A stretch of DNA of 63,809 nucleotides, the filler included, from Moniliella sp. 'wahieum' (lineage: Eukaryota): the NCBI GenBank assembly GCA_003971905.1. It is 3 parts of 3 records of this genome, joined end to end, with 100 filler letters (N's around TTAATTAATTAA, not from the genome) between each part and the next. Parts side by side here need not be neighbours in the genome. Positions count along the whole stretch, not along the records: positions 1 to 24,955 come from RSEE01000181.1; positions 25,056 to 52,216 come from RSEE01000182.1; 1 more part is not named here. One strand, written 5' to 3'. The notes under the pieces are model-generated. The model saw only the letters and a program-made list of their open reading frames with translations, made no database searches and was not told the DNA's origin. The number at the start of each line of letters is the position of its first letter. The first letter of the stretch is position 1. Made by a program: the position numbers and the translations under genes. Positions 23,117 through 36,841 of the stretch are shown piece by piece.

Positions 23117-24955
23117 ATGGCCCTCCGCCGCGCGCTCGCTCGTCTTCCTCGTGTGTGCGCCGCCGTGTCGCTGGTTGCGCTGCGCCGCCCGCCACACCGA
23201 GTGGCGCCAGCCGCGTACTACCGCGCCGACGCCCTCCCGCGCCTTGACCCCGGCGCCCCGCCCTCGCCCCCCCGCCAGCCGCCGCACGCCGACGTCTGCC
23301 CAGGCACCGCGCCCGCCCGTCCCGCGCGCCCCGGCCTTCACCACCCCACCCCGCCACCCACCCGCGCGCCCCTCGCCGGCACGCCTCCGCCGTCGGCATC
23401 GACATGGGCCACTGCCTCACCTACCGCGCCCGCTACGCCATGTACACCGACCACGCGCTCAACATCAGCTACCGCCGCGCGATCGTCGACCCTGCCGGCG
23501 CACCGCCCGCGACCGCGCCATGCCCTCGCGGCGCGGCGAGCGGGTGCCAACCACACCGCCGCCACGCCGCCGCGCTACCGGACTTCTCCTCCCCGGGCCG
23601 GCCGGGGCTTGGCAACGATCCTGGTGCGGTGGATCCGTTGCTAGGTCGGCGCCGGCGCGCGGGCACGTCGCAGGCCGCATGGGAGGACCAGCTGCGGCAG
23701 GACTTGAAGTGGCCAACGATGCGGCCGCCGAGTTGCGGGTCCATCGAGTTTTCCCGACTGGCGCAAGATCCTCGACTCGTGCGTGGTCCAGCGGCGCCAA
23801 CAGCGTGGCGGGGCGATGGACACGTTTTTCCCGACGATGTGGACCCGTTGTTGCAGGGTGGGGTGGGCGCGCACGTGCTGATCCACCGCTCTCACGCCAA
23901 GTTCCGTACTACGCCCGCGACGAAACGGACGGCGCTGGTGCTGCGTGCGCACGACGGGTACGTGTGGAGGGGAAGACGATGTGTTGAATGTGCGTGCGCT
24001 CATATCCGAGTTGGGACTCAACAATCCAATACGCCGTACGACGTGCGCATCCTGGTGCAGGTCACGAACCAGAGCCTGGCACCGTTCACGTCGCAATGGG
24101 ACCGGTTGCATGTGCTGCGCACCAGTGTGCGCGGGAGTTTTGGGGCTTGACGAGTTTGGACCGAGGCGGCACTCTGTGCGCTCACCCGGGCTTGCCGGGC
24201 CAGTTCAAACGTAACGTCACTGCCCAATCGGCCTCGCGCGCGTGCCTCAGCCACTGCAAAGTTTGGCCGACCACCAAGAGTACGATTACATTGGAACTGG
24301 GAGATGGACACGCGTCTGATGGCAACTATCTTGATTTCTTTGAAGGGGTCGAAGGTACGTACTTGCCCTTCTTGATTTTTTCTTCCTGACCTGACCTGAC
24401 CTGCCCTGATCGGATGGATTCGGATGGCCCCACAGCGTTTGGGCGCAGGAGGGTCTGCACGTGGGCATGGACCGGTACAAGGATGGTTGGTGCCGAATGT
24501 GACGGAAAGCGAGGCAGCGTGGGCGTCGGACGCGTCGCTAAAAGCGGACGGGACGAGGAGGCGGACTTGCTTACGCTTTCGCCCATCTTTGATCCGTCGG
24601 TAGCGGCTGGGCTGAGGAAGACGATGTGCAAAACTACCTGAATGGGCGCGACACCACGACGAGCGTCGACGGGACGAACGTGCGTCTATCGCGCTCGTTG
24701 CTCGAGGCAATGAACGTGGTAATGGCCGAAGCGAAGAAAGAAAAGTACCCACTGCCAAATGTGGCCAGCACACTGACGCTGCACAGTCAAACTACCCATT
24801 GGCCATGGGCACAGCTTTTATCCCGAAGCTGGGTTACCCATAACCTACCTTTGCCCTTCAAGGGTGTGTTTGCCCGCACCCCATCTACTTCCGCCACTCT
24901 GGGACCCGTCGTGCTCCACACCAAGATCAATCGCGCCCAGCTCTCCCCAAGGCCA
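23117..24955 (+). CDS. DUF3405-family fungal protein (N-terminal membrane anchor), 3' end lost in the gap
   Basis: KRTALVLRAHDGYVW, DDVLNVRALISELGL, YDVRILVQV, PLQ..HQEYDY.WNWEMDTR..GNYLDFFE, EEADLLTLSPIFDP, RLSRSLLEAM. Confidence 0.8.
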
Positions 24956-25055
24956 NNNNNNNNNNNNNNNNNNNNNNNNNNNNNNNNNNNNNNNNNNNNT
25001 TAATTAATTAANNNNNNNNNNNNNNNNNNNNNNNNNNNNNNNNNNNNNNNNNNNN
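24956..25055. other. Artificial contig spacer: N44-TTAATTAATTAA-N44 (six-frame stop linker)
   Basis: Exactly 100 nt with the linker at 25000-25011. Genes on both sides are truncated. Confidence 0.97.
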
Positions 25056-28000
25056 CTTCCTACCCCTGCTACCACGCTGCTACCTCAGCCGTGTCGCGTC
25101 GCGAACGCGAAGAGATGGAGAAGGAAACGCAGCGTCTCAATGCGCAAAATAAAATTGAGGCCGCGCGGACGTTTGTGCAAGAATCCCAGTCGCGCCGACG
25201 GGAAACCAAAACGTTTGATGTGGCCCAATGCATGCGCCATCCAAGCGGCAACGCCAAGTTGAAGGTGGGCAATGTCCAGCCCCAAACCACCCCTCGTACC
25301 GGGTCCGCAACCGCAGCACCAGGAGGCACGGCGATGCGTATGGCCCACCTCGCTGCCGACCTATTGGCTGACGAGCAAGATAGTGACGACGTGCCAAGAG
25401 AACGAGATGAACCAGCGATTGGGAAAGGGAAGGCCAAGCTAAGGACAAGGACATCAAGCCCCTTACCAACGTCTCCCGCTTGGCCCACTTGATCTCGACT
25501 CAACCTGTTGCCCCTGGTGCCCCTGGTGCCGACGACGACGACGATGACGATGAGATTGAGTTCGTTGACATTGTGCGGCCCGGCGCGGGCGCGGGTGGTG
25601 CCGAGCAAGTTGAGTCGATTGCGGGAACGTTTGTTGGGTCGGGGGTCGAATGGGTCGCCTGCCCCTGGGTCGCGGGAAGCACGTGAAGGGGTGCACGGGG
25701 CCTCGGCTCCTGCCCCACCCTTACGCCAAACAGATCAACGAAGCGCCCTGAGCCACGCAGTGGCACTACCCCCGCTCGCTCCAGTCGACACTGTGGTCTT
25801 CGGCGCGGGAACAAACTCGTCGCAAGATCGATCCGCGACGATGCTTTCGCGTGGCTTGGGCCCCAACCCGAGGCGTCTTTGTCCTTCCCACCAACCCGTT
25901 CTTTGCCCCGTTGAGCAAGACGAAGCGGAGGAGCGGGAGCGAATATGCCCCGGACCAAGAGGACGACCGCTCACGCTCCAGTACAGTGGCGAGAGCGAGG
26001 CTGAGGCCGAGGCCGATCCAGATGAGGGGAAGAAGAGGAGAGGAGGAACAGCAGGGGGCGGAAAGTGCCATGAGCGGAGGATCGTCGTCGCTGCGTGAAC
26101 GTCCCGATGGGGATGCGGACGAAGACGAGGTCCACATGCATCGGCGCCGGTTGTTCGTGCGCGCCGAGCAGCCATTCGTCCGACTCGGAAGACGATAGGG
26201 CGACGGAAGTAGGGACCCAACGGACCGAGGAGGGGGGCTAGCTTCGTTCCCGCTGTCCCAACGCTCGGATCTGCCAAGTCCCAGCGGCTTCCCACCGCCG
26301 GGCCAGCTCCCACGCCGAGAGCTTCCCACGCGGCGTGGGGACATCACGGCGCGACCCAGTAGCGCCTTGGGGGCGGAGGGGCCCTCTCTGCCCAATGGCA
26401 CCACCGACGTGCTGGCAACTTCTTGTTCCCACCCAAACCACCACCACGACGGACACGCCGTGCCCACGCAGCTATCACAGTGACCACCGACGCTCGCCAG
26501 CTGCCTCGGGCGCACCGTCGGTCCCGCCCGGCCCGACGGGGCGCGGTCCGTGCTGGGATCCGATTCGAATGCGGCAGGAGCGGGCTGAGCCAGTTCTTTG
26601 CTTCTACCCAGGGCGGGACACAGGCCGATCCCTCGGCGCCGGGTGGTCTGGCGATCCCGATCTCCCCCGCCAGCGTCGGTGCTGGGCCGGGGGGGCAGAG
26701 ATGCGCTCGGCGCTGCGTTTTTTGGTGCGGCGACACCGACGCCCGTGCCCGTGCCGGTGCCAGGGTCAGCGGCGGTGCAGTCTGGTGGGTGCGCCCCAGT
26801 GCCCTCCGAACGGCCCGAGTCCCACGCCCAAGGAGAAGGAAGGATGGGTTTGCTGCGCTTCGTCGGGCGCACCAAGCCCCCGCGCAGGGATGGGTGGGAC
26901 GACGATGGTCTACCTGGGATTGCGACGCTGGACGCGGACACTACGAGGCGGAAGCGGCCGATGCGGAGAAACAACGTGTGTGGGTGAACGTCGGGCTCTG
27001 CTCGATGCCCCCCGAATGTACATGAACAAGAACGGTCTCTACACCCAAACCAAGCCTAGCGACGAGGACAGACGATGGCGCATCAGCTCAGCCTCGGACG
27101 ACGAGGTGGCTCTCCCGTTTTCCCTGTCGACCCAGACAGGGTTGGGCCCGCTGACACCTCGGTCGATTCCCTCGCCGCGCGGGGGGCGCCTAAACGGAAA
27201 CGATTCCGTCGTGGCGGATCGGCGTCGCGCCCGTCGTCGACAGTAGCGCTAGCGAGGCCGAGGACGAGGACGAGGAAGAAGAAGGCGACGACAAGGAACC
27301 CCAACACGGCACCTGCTGCACCTGCGGCCAGGGCCGGGCCGGGACAGATGGGACAGTGTTTGACCTCTGCTACAGTCGTCCAAGCAATCAGGCCCAGACC
27401 AGAGAAACCCGTTTGCGCTCCGAGTTTGTCGAAGGCGAGGCGGAGGAATCGGACTCGGACGAGGATCCAGGTCGGGGCGGACGTAAGCCAGCCATGGCGG
27501 GCGTTTGGAGCGACGAGTCGGACGGGGAGAAGCGAGATGACGAAGCGGAAACCGATTCGGAGGACGATGGTGCGGACCTGGAGGAGCTGGTGAACAATGA
27601 GCGCGAAGTGGACGAGGCAGCCAAGGACCGGTTGGTGGCAGCCAAAGCGCGGCAGGACCAACAAGTCGCCGAGGCCGAGTTGGAAAAACGCGTGCAACGC
27701 GTCGCTGATGGCGCGTGGCGCCACCGCCAAACCCTCCGATCGGGTTCGATGCCGAACTGGAAAGAGACGCGGAGGATGCGCGCGATATGCGCTTGGCTGC
27801 GCAGCCGGGCGCAGCGGGGCGTCCGCTCCAGACGCCACATTGAAGGTGATGGACTCGAGACGTTACGCCAAGACCCCAACTGCCGCCTTCTTCCAGACGT
27901 ACCAACAAGCCCTCGCGCCCGTTGAGGACGACATGGACTTTTTGCAGATGCAGGAACCGTCGGACGAGGAGGACGCTGTGCCGACGACCACGACCACGAC

Positions 28001-28660
28001 CACGACCAGACCAAGACCACGACCAAGACCAAGTCAAAGCCAATGCGCCGACTTGGCGGATGCGTGGGACACGCGTCGTCAGATCCAGCAGGCCACAAGG
28101 CCATGCGCCGCGCCGGACGGGCCAAAGTGCAGATCGAGGAAGACGAAGATCGGGTGGGATCGGCCTCTGGGTCGTCGGACGAGGGGCCGGTCCACGTCCG
28201 ATCGGGCGGCGGCATGGGACGAAGCGGCGCCGCGCCGACGCGTGGGACGCGATGGTGCATCCTCCGTCGGACGACGACGTGGCGGCGGACCGGGCGGTGG
28301 AGCGCGGCGGCGAAGCGCCAGCGGGTGCGCGCGGCGAGTGCGGGTGCGGGTGTGGACATGGGCGAGGGGATGGCGAGGAGGAGGAGGATATGATGCGCAT
28401 CCCGCTGGCGGTGGTGCCGATGGCGCGTGGTGCCGGTGCCGCCGAGGCCGAGGAGGAAGCAGCGCTGTTCAGCACGATGGCCACTGACGCGCTGTGGGCG
28501 GTGGCGCGTCGGCGTGACGGGGCTGGCGCGCCCGGCGAAGCGCGTGGCGGGCGCGTGTGGATGGCCCCGACGGCCGCCGGCATGCCGCGGCGCCCAAACC
28601 GACACAGCCGGGAGGCGCTCGCGCGTCTTGGCCTCCGGCGCGCGCAGTTTGAGGTTGACG
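25056..28660 (+). CDS. MRC1: Mrc1/Claspin-like replication checkpoint mediator, 5' end lost in the gap
   Basis: Long acidic disordered protein with an MRC1-like domain: SEFVEGEAEESDSDED...DLEELVNNE..DRLVAAKARQDQQVAEAELEKRVQRVADGAWR..DGLETLRQDP..AAFFQTY. Confidence 0.8.
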
Positions 28661-28928
28661 AGGCCAAACTAGGAAATACATCACCCATCCCCTCAGCGGT
28701 CGTGTGCGTAGAAGTTGAGGCAGGCACCGGGCAGTGTGGTGCGTGTTGTGTTGATCCAGCCTGCCTGTCTGGGCAAGAGCGCTGTCAGGGTTGTTGCTAT
28801 TCTCCGGCGGTGCGGCAGCTCTGAGTGCTTGCCACCATCTCCATCCCCATCTTCCCCATCTCCATCCCATCCCCCCCATCTCCATCTCTTCCCCATCCCA
28901 CGTCCCTCCATCGCTACCCCTCCCCCCA

Positions 28929-31900
28929 ATGGCCGCCGCGACGCTGCCTGCGCCCGACGCGTTCTGCAACGCGTTCTGGGGCGCCAACCAGGCCGGCGTG
29001 GCTGTGCTGCAAAAGTCGCTGCTCAGCACGTCGCAGCAAACATTCGACCTCGCCTCGCTCCTCGTCTCGCGCGCCACGCTGGAGGAGCAGTACGCACACG
29101 GGCTCCAGCAGCTCGCTGCCCACCCGCTGGCGCGGGCGAGATCGAGGCGGTGGCCGCGCCGCTGCGCACGTTTGTCGGTGAGATGGGCAAGGCAGCGACG
29201 GCGCATGCGCAGCTAGCCACCGCGCTGCGCGACGAGGTTGCCCAACAACTCACTCCGGCCCAACGTCGGCCCACCGCGTGTGGCGCAACAAGTGGGCCGC
29301 GCTCGTGCGTCTCAAGCAGCGCCGCGCGTCCGAGGAGAAGGCTGCCGGCGCAGCGCAGGTGCAATACGAGACGGATGCACTGCAGGTCGACGGGTACGAA
29401 CGTCAGGCGCCAATGCCGATGGTCACGACCGCCAGCGCATCCTCGATAGAAACTTGCTGCCCAGCGCTCGCTCGTCGCGTCGCGCAAGGCGTACGCCGCT
29501 GCGGTCGAGCAGGCGCGCGACACGGCGCACCGCTGGACGCGCGAGTGGAAAGAGTTTTGCGATGTGAGTGTCCCTCCTCTTGTCTCTCTTTTTTTTGCGC
29601 GGGAAACTGACCCAGCCCGACCGGGGCGCTGCGCAGCTGATGCAGGACATGGAGGAGAAACGGCTGGACCAGCTACAGGCATCGCTCTGGACGTACGCCA
29701 ACGCCGTTTCGGGCGTGTGCGTGGCCGACGACGAGGGGTGCGAAGCGGTGCGCCAGGCACTCGAGGCCGCCACCGTCGAGGAAGCCGCACAGCAGTTCAT
29801 CCAAGCCCACTACTGGCCGCGCCATGGACCCGCCCGTCGAGTTCTACGAGTTCCCGCACACCGCCCCGCCCACCCCGAACCTCTCCTGGCCAACTTTGCC
29901 CGCGAACACCCCGACCCCGAACGCGAGGCCAACTCGGTGCTGGACCACACCCCGACCTCAGCGCCCTCAGCCTCTCGCCGCGCCCGCCGCCCTCGCCCGT
30001 CGGCGCGGCAGCGGCGTCGCCCTCGGCCCCGCCTCACCCCGCCCTCGCTCGCCCGTCGCTCGCGCCGGCGCCACGCCGGCCGCCAGCTCTCGCCCCGTCT
30101 CGCCCGCCATCGCACCACCCACCGCCGCCCCCTCCTATTCATTCCCGCGTTTGTCCCGCCGCCAAGCTCAGCCCGCCGTCGGCGCCAGCCGCTGCCGGCC
30201 GTGTCGCCCTTCTCGAGCGTGTCGAAGCGGGCGATGCGGGAGGTGCAGCCGGCGAGTGCGGTGGCGCCGCCGTCGGTGCGGCCGTTGGACTTGTCTCCCA
30301 AACCGCCTCCGACGTGGCCCAGCCCGAGGGGAACAAGTTGCCACGCCCGATGCGTCTGCGCCGTCCAAGGCGCCGTCGATGCGGAGTGCCCAATCTGTCT
30401 TTTCCGGCAAGGGCAGCGAGTACCAAGACCGATTGAGGCTGCGCTCAAGCGGCTGCAGGATAAGCAGGCGCGTACGCCGCGCACACCTAGCCGCGCCAGC
30501 TTTTCCCCGTCCCTTCGTCCCCCGAGCGGATCGGGGGCACCGCCACGCCCACCTTCCCCCCCACGCCGGGGATGCAGCCCACGGCAGCGCTGATGCAAGC
30601 CCCGCCGCCGCCGGCGCAAGCCGCCGCACCGGCGCACGAGCGCCATGCCACCCCGGGCTGACTGGCGGCGCCGTGTCGGTGGTGAAGCGGCGTTGCCGGG
30701 CGAACGGCGCAACTCGTTTGTCCCGCCCGCGCTACGCATGCTCCTCCTCGCAGCCCGTCGTCCATCGCACCAGCTTCGCCCGGGAGCATGAGCATGAGCA
30801 TGAGCATGGCAGCGGGCTTTGCGGGTGTGGGCGCGCGCGGCGCAGTCCGTCGCCAGTACCGTTTACCCCGACGATGGGCAGTCCGGCTCAGGTTTGGTGC
30901 GCCCCCCTCGGCCCCGGCCCCAGCCCCGGCCCGACCTTACCCCTTCCCACCGCCCCGTCTCGCCGGCCGGGCGGCCCAAGAGCCCGCTCGGCATCTCCCT
31001 CAACAAAGCGGCAAGGTGGTGGAGAGACTGGTGGACGAGTACCGCCGCGCCCACCCGCCGTCGCCTCAGCCTCAAGTTCAGCCCAGGTCCAGCCCAGGTC
31101 CAACCGCAGCCCAGCAACAGCAGCAGCAACAACAACAGCTCCACACGTCCGCTGCGCCGCGCCCGACGCAGTGGACCGGCACGGCGCCCCCCAGCCGCAG
31201 CCGGGTGGCCAGTGCGCCTGCGTGGGCGCCCGGAGGGTACATGCGACCCGTCACGCCGCAGCTGGCGGCACAACCTCAAGCGCAACAGCAGACTCAGGCT
31301 CAGGCGCCCTCGCCTGCCCCGGGCTTCTACCCGCGGCCCGTGACGCCCGTCCAGCCGGGCACACTGCCGTTCGGGGGACTACCCGCCACCTGCGCCCCAG
31401 GGCTACGCCGCGTACGCCTACCGCCAGCAGCCTCAGCAGCAGCCTCAGCAGCCTCAGCAGCAACCCCAACAGCAGCCTCACACAGCACAGCAAGCGCCTC
31501 CGCCTGCTGGCTATCCGTACTACCCGCCTCCGCCGTCCCATGCGCCAGGCTATGGCCCGCCGTACTTGTACCCTGCGCCGCCCTCGGGTAGTGCGCCCCC
31601 GGGTCGGCGTTCAGTCCTGCGCCTGCGCCGGCAGCTGCGTTGGCGCCTGCTCCTGCTCCTGTTTCTGCTCTGTTTCTGCTCCTGCGGTCTGCACTGCTGC
31701 GTCGCCTTCGCCCGCACCGTCCGGGCCGTCGGCAGCAGGGTACCTTCGCATCTATCGTCGGGCAAGGCGGTTGTACGTGTGGTGCGAGCACTGTACGATT
31801 ACGTTGCGCAGTTGCCGAGGAATTTTCGTTCCAAGCGCACGATGTGATTTTGGTGGGGAGATGAACGAGGATGGGTGGTGGGAAGGCGAGCATTTGGACC

Positions 31901-31972
31901 GGACCAAACGCTCAAACTCAACTCTCCCCCGATGCGGTTATCTTCCCGTCTAACTTTACTACCACTGTTTAG
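28929..31972 (+). CDS. HOF1: F-BAR (FCH) plus SH3 septation protein, Hof1/Cdc15/Imp2 family; intron at about 29564-29630
   Basis: FCNAFWG..GVAVL..RATLEEQYAHGL, EWKEFCD..QDMEEKRLDQLQASLWTYANAVSGVCVADDEGCE, Pro/Gln-rich linker, SH3 VRALYDY..EEFSFQAHDVILV..EDGWWEG..FPSNF. Confidence 0.9.
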
Positions 31973-32337
31973 TGTCCTGCGTTAAGGGCTAGGGCTAGGG
32001 CGATGGTGTGGACGAGGACGATGGTGAGGACGAGGACGAGGGGATTTGTGGCGGTGTGGGTCCAGGTTTATGGTCGTGATCGAGGCTGAGGTCGAGGTCG
32101 AGGCGAGGCTGAGGTCTAAACCTGCCTACACGCGGCAGGGGCGACTGGGAGGACGGATGGGCGTGGGATGCGATGCGGTGTGATGTGGTCCGGATCGCCC
32201 AAAGAAGAAGACTGAGCAAGCACGGAACGGACCGTGGGGACCCCAAAGAGCCGAAGACCGTCGACCGTCGACCGCCGACCCCGACCGCCGACCATTGACC
32301 CCGACCACTGACTACAGACCAGCGACCACAGAACACA

Positions 32338-32413
32338 AGAACGCAGAACGCAGAACGCAGAACGCAGAACGCAGAACGCAGAACGCAGAACGCAGAACGC
32401 AGAACGCAGAACG
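32338..32413. repeat. Heptamer tandem repeat (AGAACGC) x ~11
   Basis: Perfect run in the convergent HOF1/LRG1 intergenic region. GAGAT-rich low-complexity sequence follows at about 32690-33060. Confidence 0.95.
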
Positions 32414-33300
32414 AACAAAGACGATGTCTCGAGATGGTTTTGACCGAGCTGGGTCCCGAACCCGAACCGCGCGCGGGGGTGAATGGGTAAATGTTAGTGG
32501 GCCGCGGACTACTTCTTTTCTTATTCTTACCCGTAAGGGTGAAGTGAGAGGGAAGCAGCAGGGGTTTAGGATTCAGAATGCTAATATTCTTCTACCATGT
32601 ACCTTGTACCACTACGTATGCTGTCCACGGTCAATCTACACCAGCCTGTACCTGCACCTGTACCTGCGCCCCGGGAAGTTCTGGTCTTCCAGGTTGAGGT
32701 TGAGGCTGAGAATGAGAATGAGAATGAGAATGAGATGGGAATTGGGATTGAGAGTGAGAGGGTTAATTGAGATGGGGATTGAATATTGAAGTGTTGAGAG
32801 TGAGATGGGGATTGGTAGTTAGAGAGATGATTGAGATTGAGATTGACATGGACATTGAGAGTGAGATGAGGTTTGAGCTTGGCAGTGAGAGCGAGATGAG
32901 GATTGAGCTTGGCAATGAGATGGGGATTGAGATTGAGATTGGATGAAAATGAGAACAGATAAGAACAGCCATGAGAATGAGAACATATGAGAGCCGATGA
33001 AAACAGCCATGAGAACAAATGAGAACAGATGAGAGGAGATGAGAACAGCCATGAGAACCGATGCGAATAAAGGAATAGATAAGGTATCGGCGATAATCGA
33101 GATGATGGAAAAGAATGCCCTTTTGCCCACTTGCCCACTTGCCCACTTGCCATCACGGTCCCCAATCCTCGTTGCTCATTCCCCGGCTCCCATTCCCCGT
33201 TGCCCATCGCCGGCCCCGCGTGGTGCGATGGCAACAACAGGCACAGTAGGGTAGGGGGGAGAACAAGGCAGACGTCCACGGCTCACGGCACTCACGGCAC

Positions 33301-36300
33301 TCACGAGGCAGAGAGAGGAGTAAGGAAGACGAAGGGAGGGGTACAGGGGGTTACCCAAACCCACCGCAGGTGGCGGTCGTGAACTTGGACTTGGACTTGG
33401 ACTTGGACTTGGACTTGGGCTCGGGTTTGGACCACCTTGTGCGTCGCCTCGTGCGCGTGACCTGGACCTGGACCTCGACCTCGAGCTAGACCGGGAGCGG
33501 GACTCTGACCCGACCTGGACCTAGAGCGGGAACGGGACGGGGAGGCAGACCTACTCCTCCGCCCGGATGCGCGAGGACGAAGTGTACTGGCGAGCGCTTC
33601 GCAGCGACGGTACATATCGCGTGGGGGAGGCAAGCCCTTTCCCAGGCTGGACCCAGACCCGCACCCAAACTCCCACCCATACCCGACCCTACTCCCTCAG
33701 AGGGGGGATGAATCAAGTGCAAAGCCGGTTCCAAGTGAGGCGGGACGGTCCAGAGCGCATCTTGGTACATGAGCATGGTACCTATTGCTCGTGTGGCCGC
33801 AAAGCTCTCGCTTGTATCGCCTACCTGGCCCGGGAGAGGTGAGGGTAGAGCAGGGTAGGTGCCATGACGGTAGCGAGGTTGCTCAGGTCCATCTTGCTCC
33901 TCGTCGTGTGTAGGGGGCGAATCAGAATCGGGCGCATGGGGTGCATGGGGTGGGTGGGGTGGGTGGGGTGAAAGCGGTGAATGGGAGTGGGAGTGAGGCA
34001 CGTGGTGCGAGGCGAGATGGGCAAAAGATGCAACCCAGCGAAGAAACGTGAAGAGGACTTGAGCCGTATCGCGGTGAGCGCGGGGAGGAGCAAAGTGATA
34101 GCCTGGAGTAACGCACGCGTTCCGCAGCGGGATGGACAGCTTGGGAACGGACAAACAGGTGGTAAAGGCGGTGGGTGAAGAGTGGTTCAGGTAGCAACCG
34201 GAAAAAACTTTTGAGCAGAGCGGCGAGATGGAGTGGTGGAGCAGTGTGCAGTAGGAGTGCTGGGTCACGCGCACGGTCCAGCTCTTGCACCAGTTGGTTC
34301 ACTCGACGAATGTTACCGTTTTACGAAATGCCTTCGACCGAAACGTCTTGTTGTTGGATCGCACGGAGCAGCGCCTGGACGAAGCTGGGAATACGTACGT
34401 GCACGCACTCGCACTCGCATTCATGCTCGCATTCGCACACGTCCCTCCCGCTCCGCTCGACCAGCACCTCCAGCGGCACACCAAACACCCCGCGGCGTTT
34501 GGACAGCGGGGGTGGAACCATTTGGACCAAAACGCACTTTTACGCCCCTCAGCCAACTCGATTAACTCTTCCCGTCTTACCACGCCGCGCAAAGCAGATC
34601 GCTCAAGGTACACCACTGCCATGTACTTGAGCGCAACCAGCTCCGTAGGCGCCAAGTCCGATACCAGTCGGTCACCGACAAACTCGGAGAGGTCCGATGA
34701 ATATGACTGGCCTAGCTGGTCCCGTCCCAGCAGCCGCACGTCCCCAAGCTCAATGTCGACGGCCCGGCCAGCTGGGTCGTGTGATGCATCTGGGTCACCA
34801 GAAGCCGGTTCACCTCGGACCAGGTCGCCGCGGTCGGGGTCAGATGGGTCCGGGTGAGCTGGGTGCACGTGAGGCGGGTCGAGTGGCGTAGGATCACGGT
34901 GAGGAACCGGGGAACGGCTTCCCCCTCGGTGTGGGCGTGGGCGGGGGGAAGGCCGAGCGCCAAAGAGAGAGGCGGTAAGGACGGGGTCGGGGTCGGAGCC
35001 AAGGTGCGGGCCAAGTAGCCGTCGTCGGTAGTGTCAAGTCGGTGCTTCGGCGTGAGGCGGAGCGCGGAGCGAGTGGATGCGCAACAGATGCAGCTGGGGC
35101 CGATAGCGTGCGCGGTCGCGTTCGGGTTGAGGTTTGGGCTTGGGGAGGGGTTGAGGTTTGGGTTTGGGTTTGGGTTTGGGCTTGGGGGGGAGGAGGAGGG
35201 TGGATCGGGGGCAGCTGTTTTTTGAGCAACCCGTACAACCGGTCCAAGGCTACGCGCAGGAGGACGCGTACTGTTCCAAGCGCGTGACGGGTGTTAGGCG
35301 CTGTGCCTGGTCGGTGTCCAAGACGCAGTCGGAACAATACGTCGGGATCGGGACGGCTTTGGAGCGGAGGGAAGTGGGACAAGCGAGGAAATGAACCCGT
35401 GGCAATGGTTGGTCGGGCGAAGCAGACCGCTGACACCGGTCACATTGCACACAAGCCCAATGCCACCGATGCATCACGCCCACCCTTCCACAGTCCTCCT
35501 CGATCGACAGGCCACATTGACGGCACAAGTCGGTCACTGGCACAGCAGGACGGCGTTTGTGTCCCGTCCGCCGCGGGGCAAGGAAGAAAACCCACCTAGG
35601 AGCGGCGTGTCGCGCCGGGCGTCTGTGTCTGTGCTGGCGAGAGATCGAGTGGGAGGAGCAGAAGTTGCAACGCGTCTGAACCCTCGCTTGGTCGCGCTCC
35701 AGTTGCAGCGTGGAGACGAGCGCGGTACGAAGGATGTTCTTGAGGTTGTAGGCCATGGCAGAAACTTGCGTCGAGAGTAGGGCGAGCGGCGGCGGGGAAC
35801 GCACCGGATCGGGAGCGAGGAGCGAAAGGAACGTTATGATCTTCTTGGTGAGCAGGCGGGCTTGCGGAAGGTGCCGAGCGGGGAGGCTAGAGGCCGAACC
35901 CGAAGTCGAAGTCGAAGGCGAAGGCGAAGGCGAATCTGGGCGCAGGGCGATACGATCGAGGCAGGCAAAGAGGACCTCGACATGGAGGATGAAGGTCTGG
36001 GCGGTGTGCTGGCCGGGAGGAACTGGTGGCGGGAGGCGAGGGAGAGCATGGTGGACATGGCGTCGGCGCTGCGCTCCTCAAAGGCGGGAGGACGGACCAG
36101 ATGCGAAAGGCGCGGTCCTGGAGGTGGCGCTGCTTGAGTGCGAGCGAGGCGGGCGTCTCGGACGCCTCGATCTGCTGGGGCGTCGGGAGCGGGCGGGCAG
36201 GCGCAGGGCGAGGGTGACGGCCCAGAACTTGCTGAGCATGTAGCAGGGCGGGTGCCAGTGCTCGTCGGTGTGGTGCCGGTGGAGCTGGACGTACTGCGCG

Positions 36301-36549
36301 AGGATGGCGGAGCGGCAGCCGGCGCAGCGCAGGGCAAAGCGCGTCGAGTAGTGGAAGCGGCACACGGCCTGGCCGGTGGGGGCGTAGTACGTGTCGCCGG
36401 GCGCCAGGCGGTGGCGCAGAGCGAGCAGGTGGGCGGCGCGCCATGGAAGGGGCGCGGCAGCGCAGCCACGTGGCGTCCACGCAGCGCATCGCCGCAGCCG
36501 CATCTAACCCTAACCCATCGGCCGAGCGGGGGCCGAGCGTCTGAGCCAT
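33301..36549 (-). CDS. LRG1: LIM-domain Rho GTPase-activating protein (Lrg1/S. pombe Rga1 type); ends approximate
   Basis: LIM motifs CRFHYSTRFALRCAGC..HWHPPCYM and DLCRQC..HRWHWACVQCDRC; VTRLEQY; RhoGAP GVFGVPLEVLVE, RIPSFV..QQQDVSVEG, LAALLKSFFRLLPEPLFT, SKMDLSNLATVMAPTLL. Confidence 0.92.
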
Positions 36550-36841
36550 CGGAGGGGGTGGGGGTGGTGGTGGTGATGGTGGTGGTGTGGTGGCGACAGT
36601 GATGGTGATGGCGGTGGCAATAGTGATGTGGTGGTGGTGGTGGCAATAATGCGCGCAGGTGCGTGTGTAAGCATTAGCTAAGGCGATGTTTAAGCACCCT
36701 GCTATTAACGTTTAACGTTTAACCCCGCCCGGATGCTCGGACCGCCCAGCCGAAATCCCAACCGACCCACACGGGTGGGAGTACTCGGGTATATAATATA
36801 ACTGGCCGTTTGGACTGCCCCACCGCTACTTCCCCCACGCC

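Noticed and set aside
24956..25055. TTAATTAATTAA palindrome (also at 52261) as a biological element or transposon target site
   Set aside because: It is flanked symmetrically by N44 on both sides at both locations, which marks it as an artificial stop-codon linker.
36505..36517. CTAACCCTAACCC as a telomerase RNA template
   Set aside because: It overlaps the 5' end of the LIM-RhoGAP gene and no supporting pseudoknot or other TER structure was visible.
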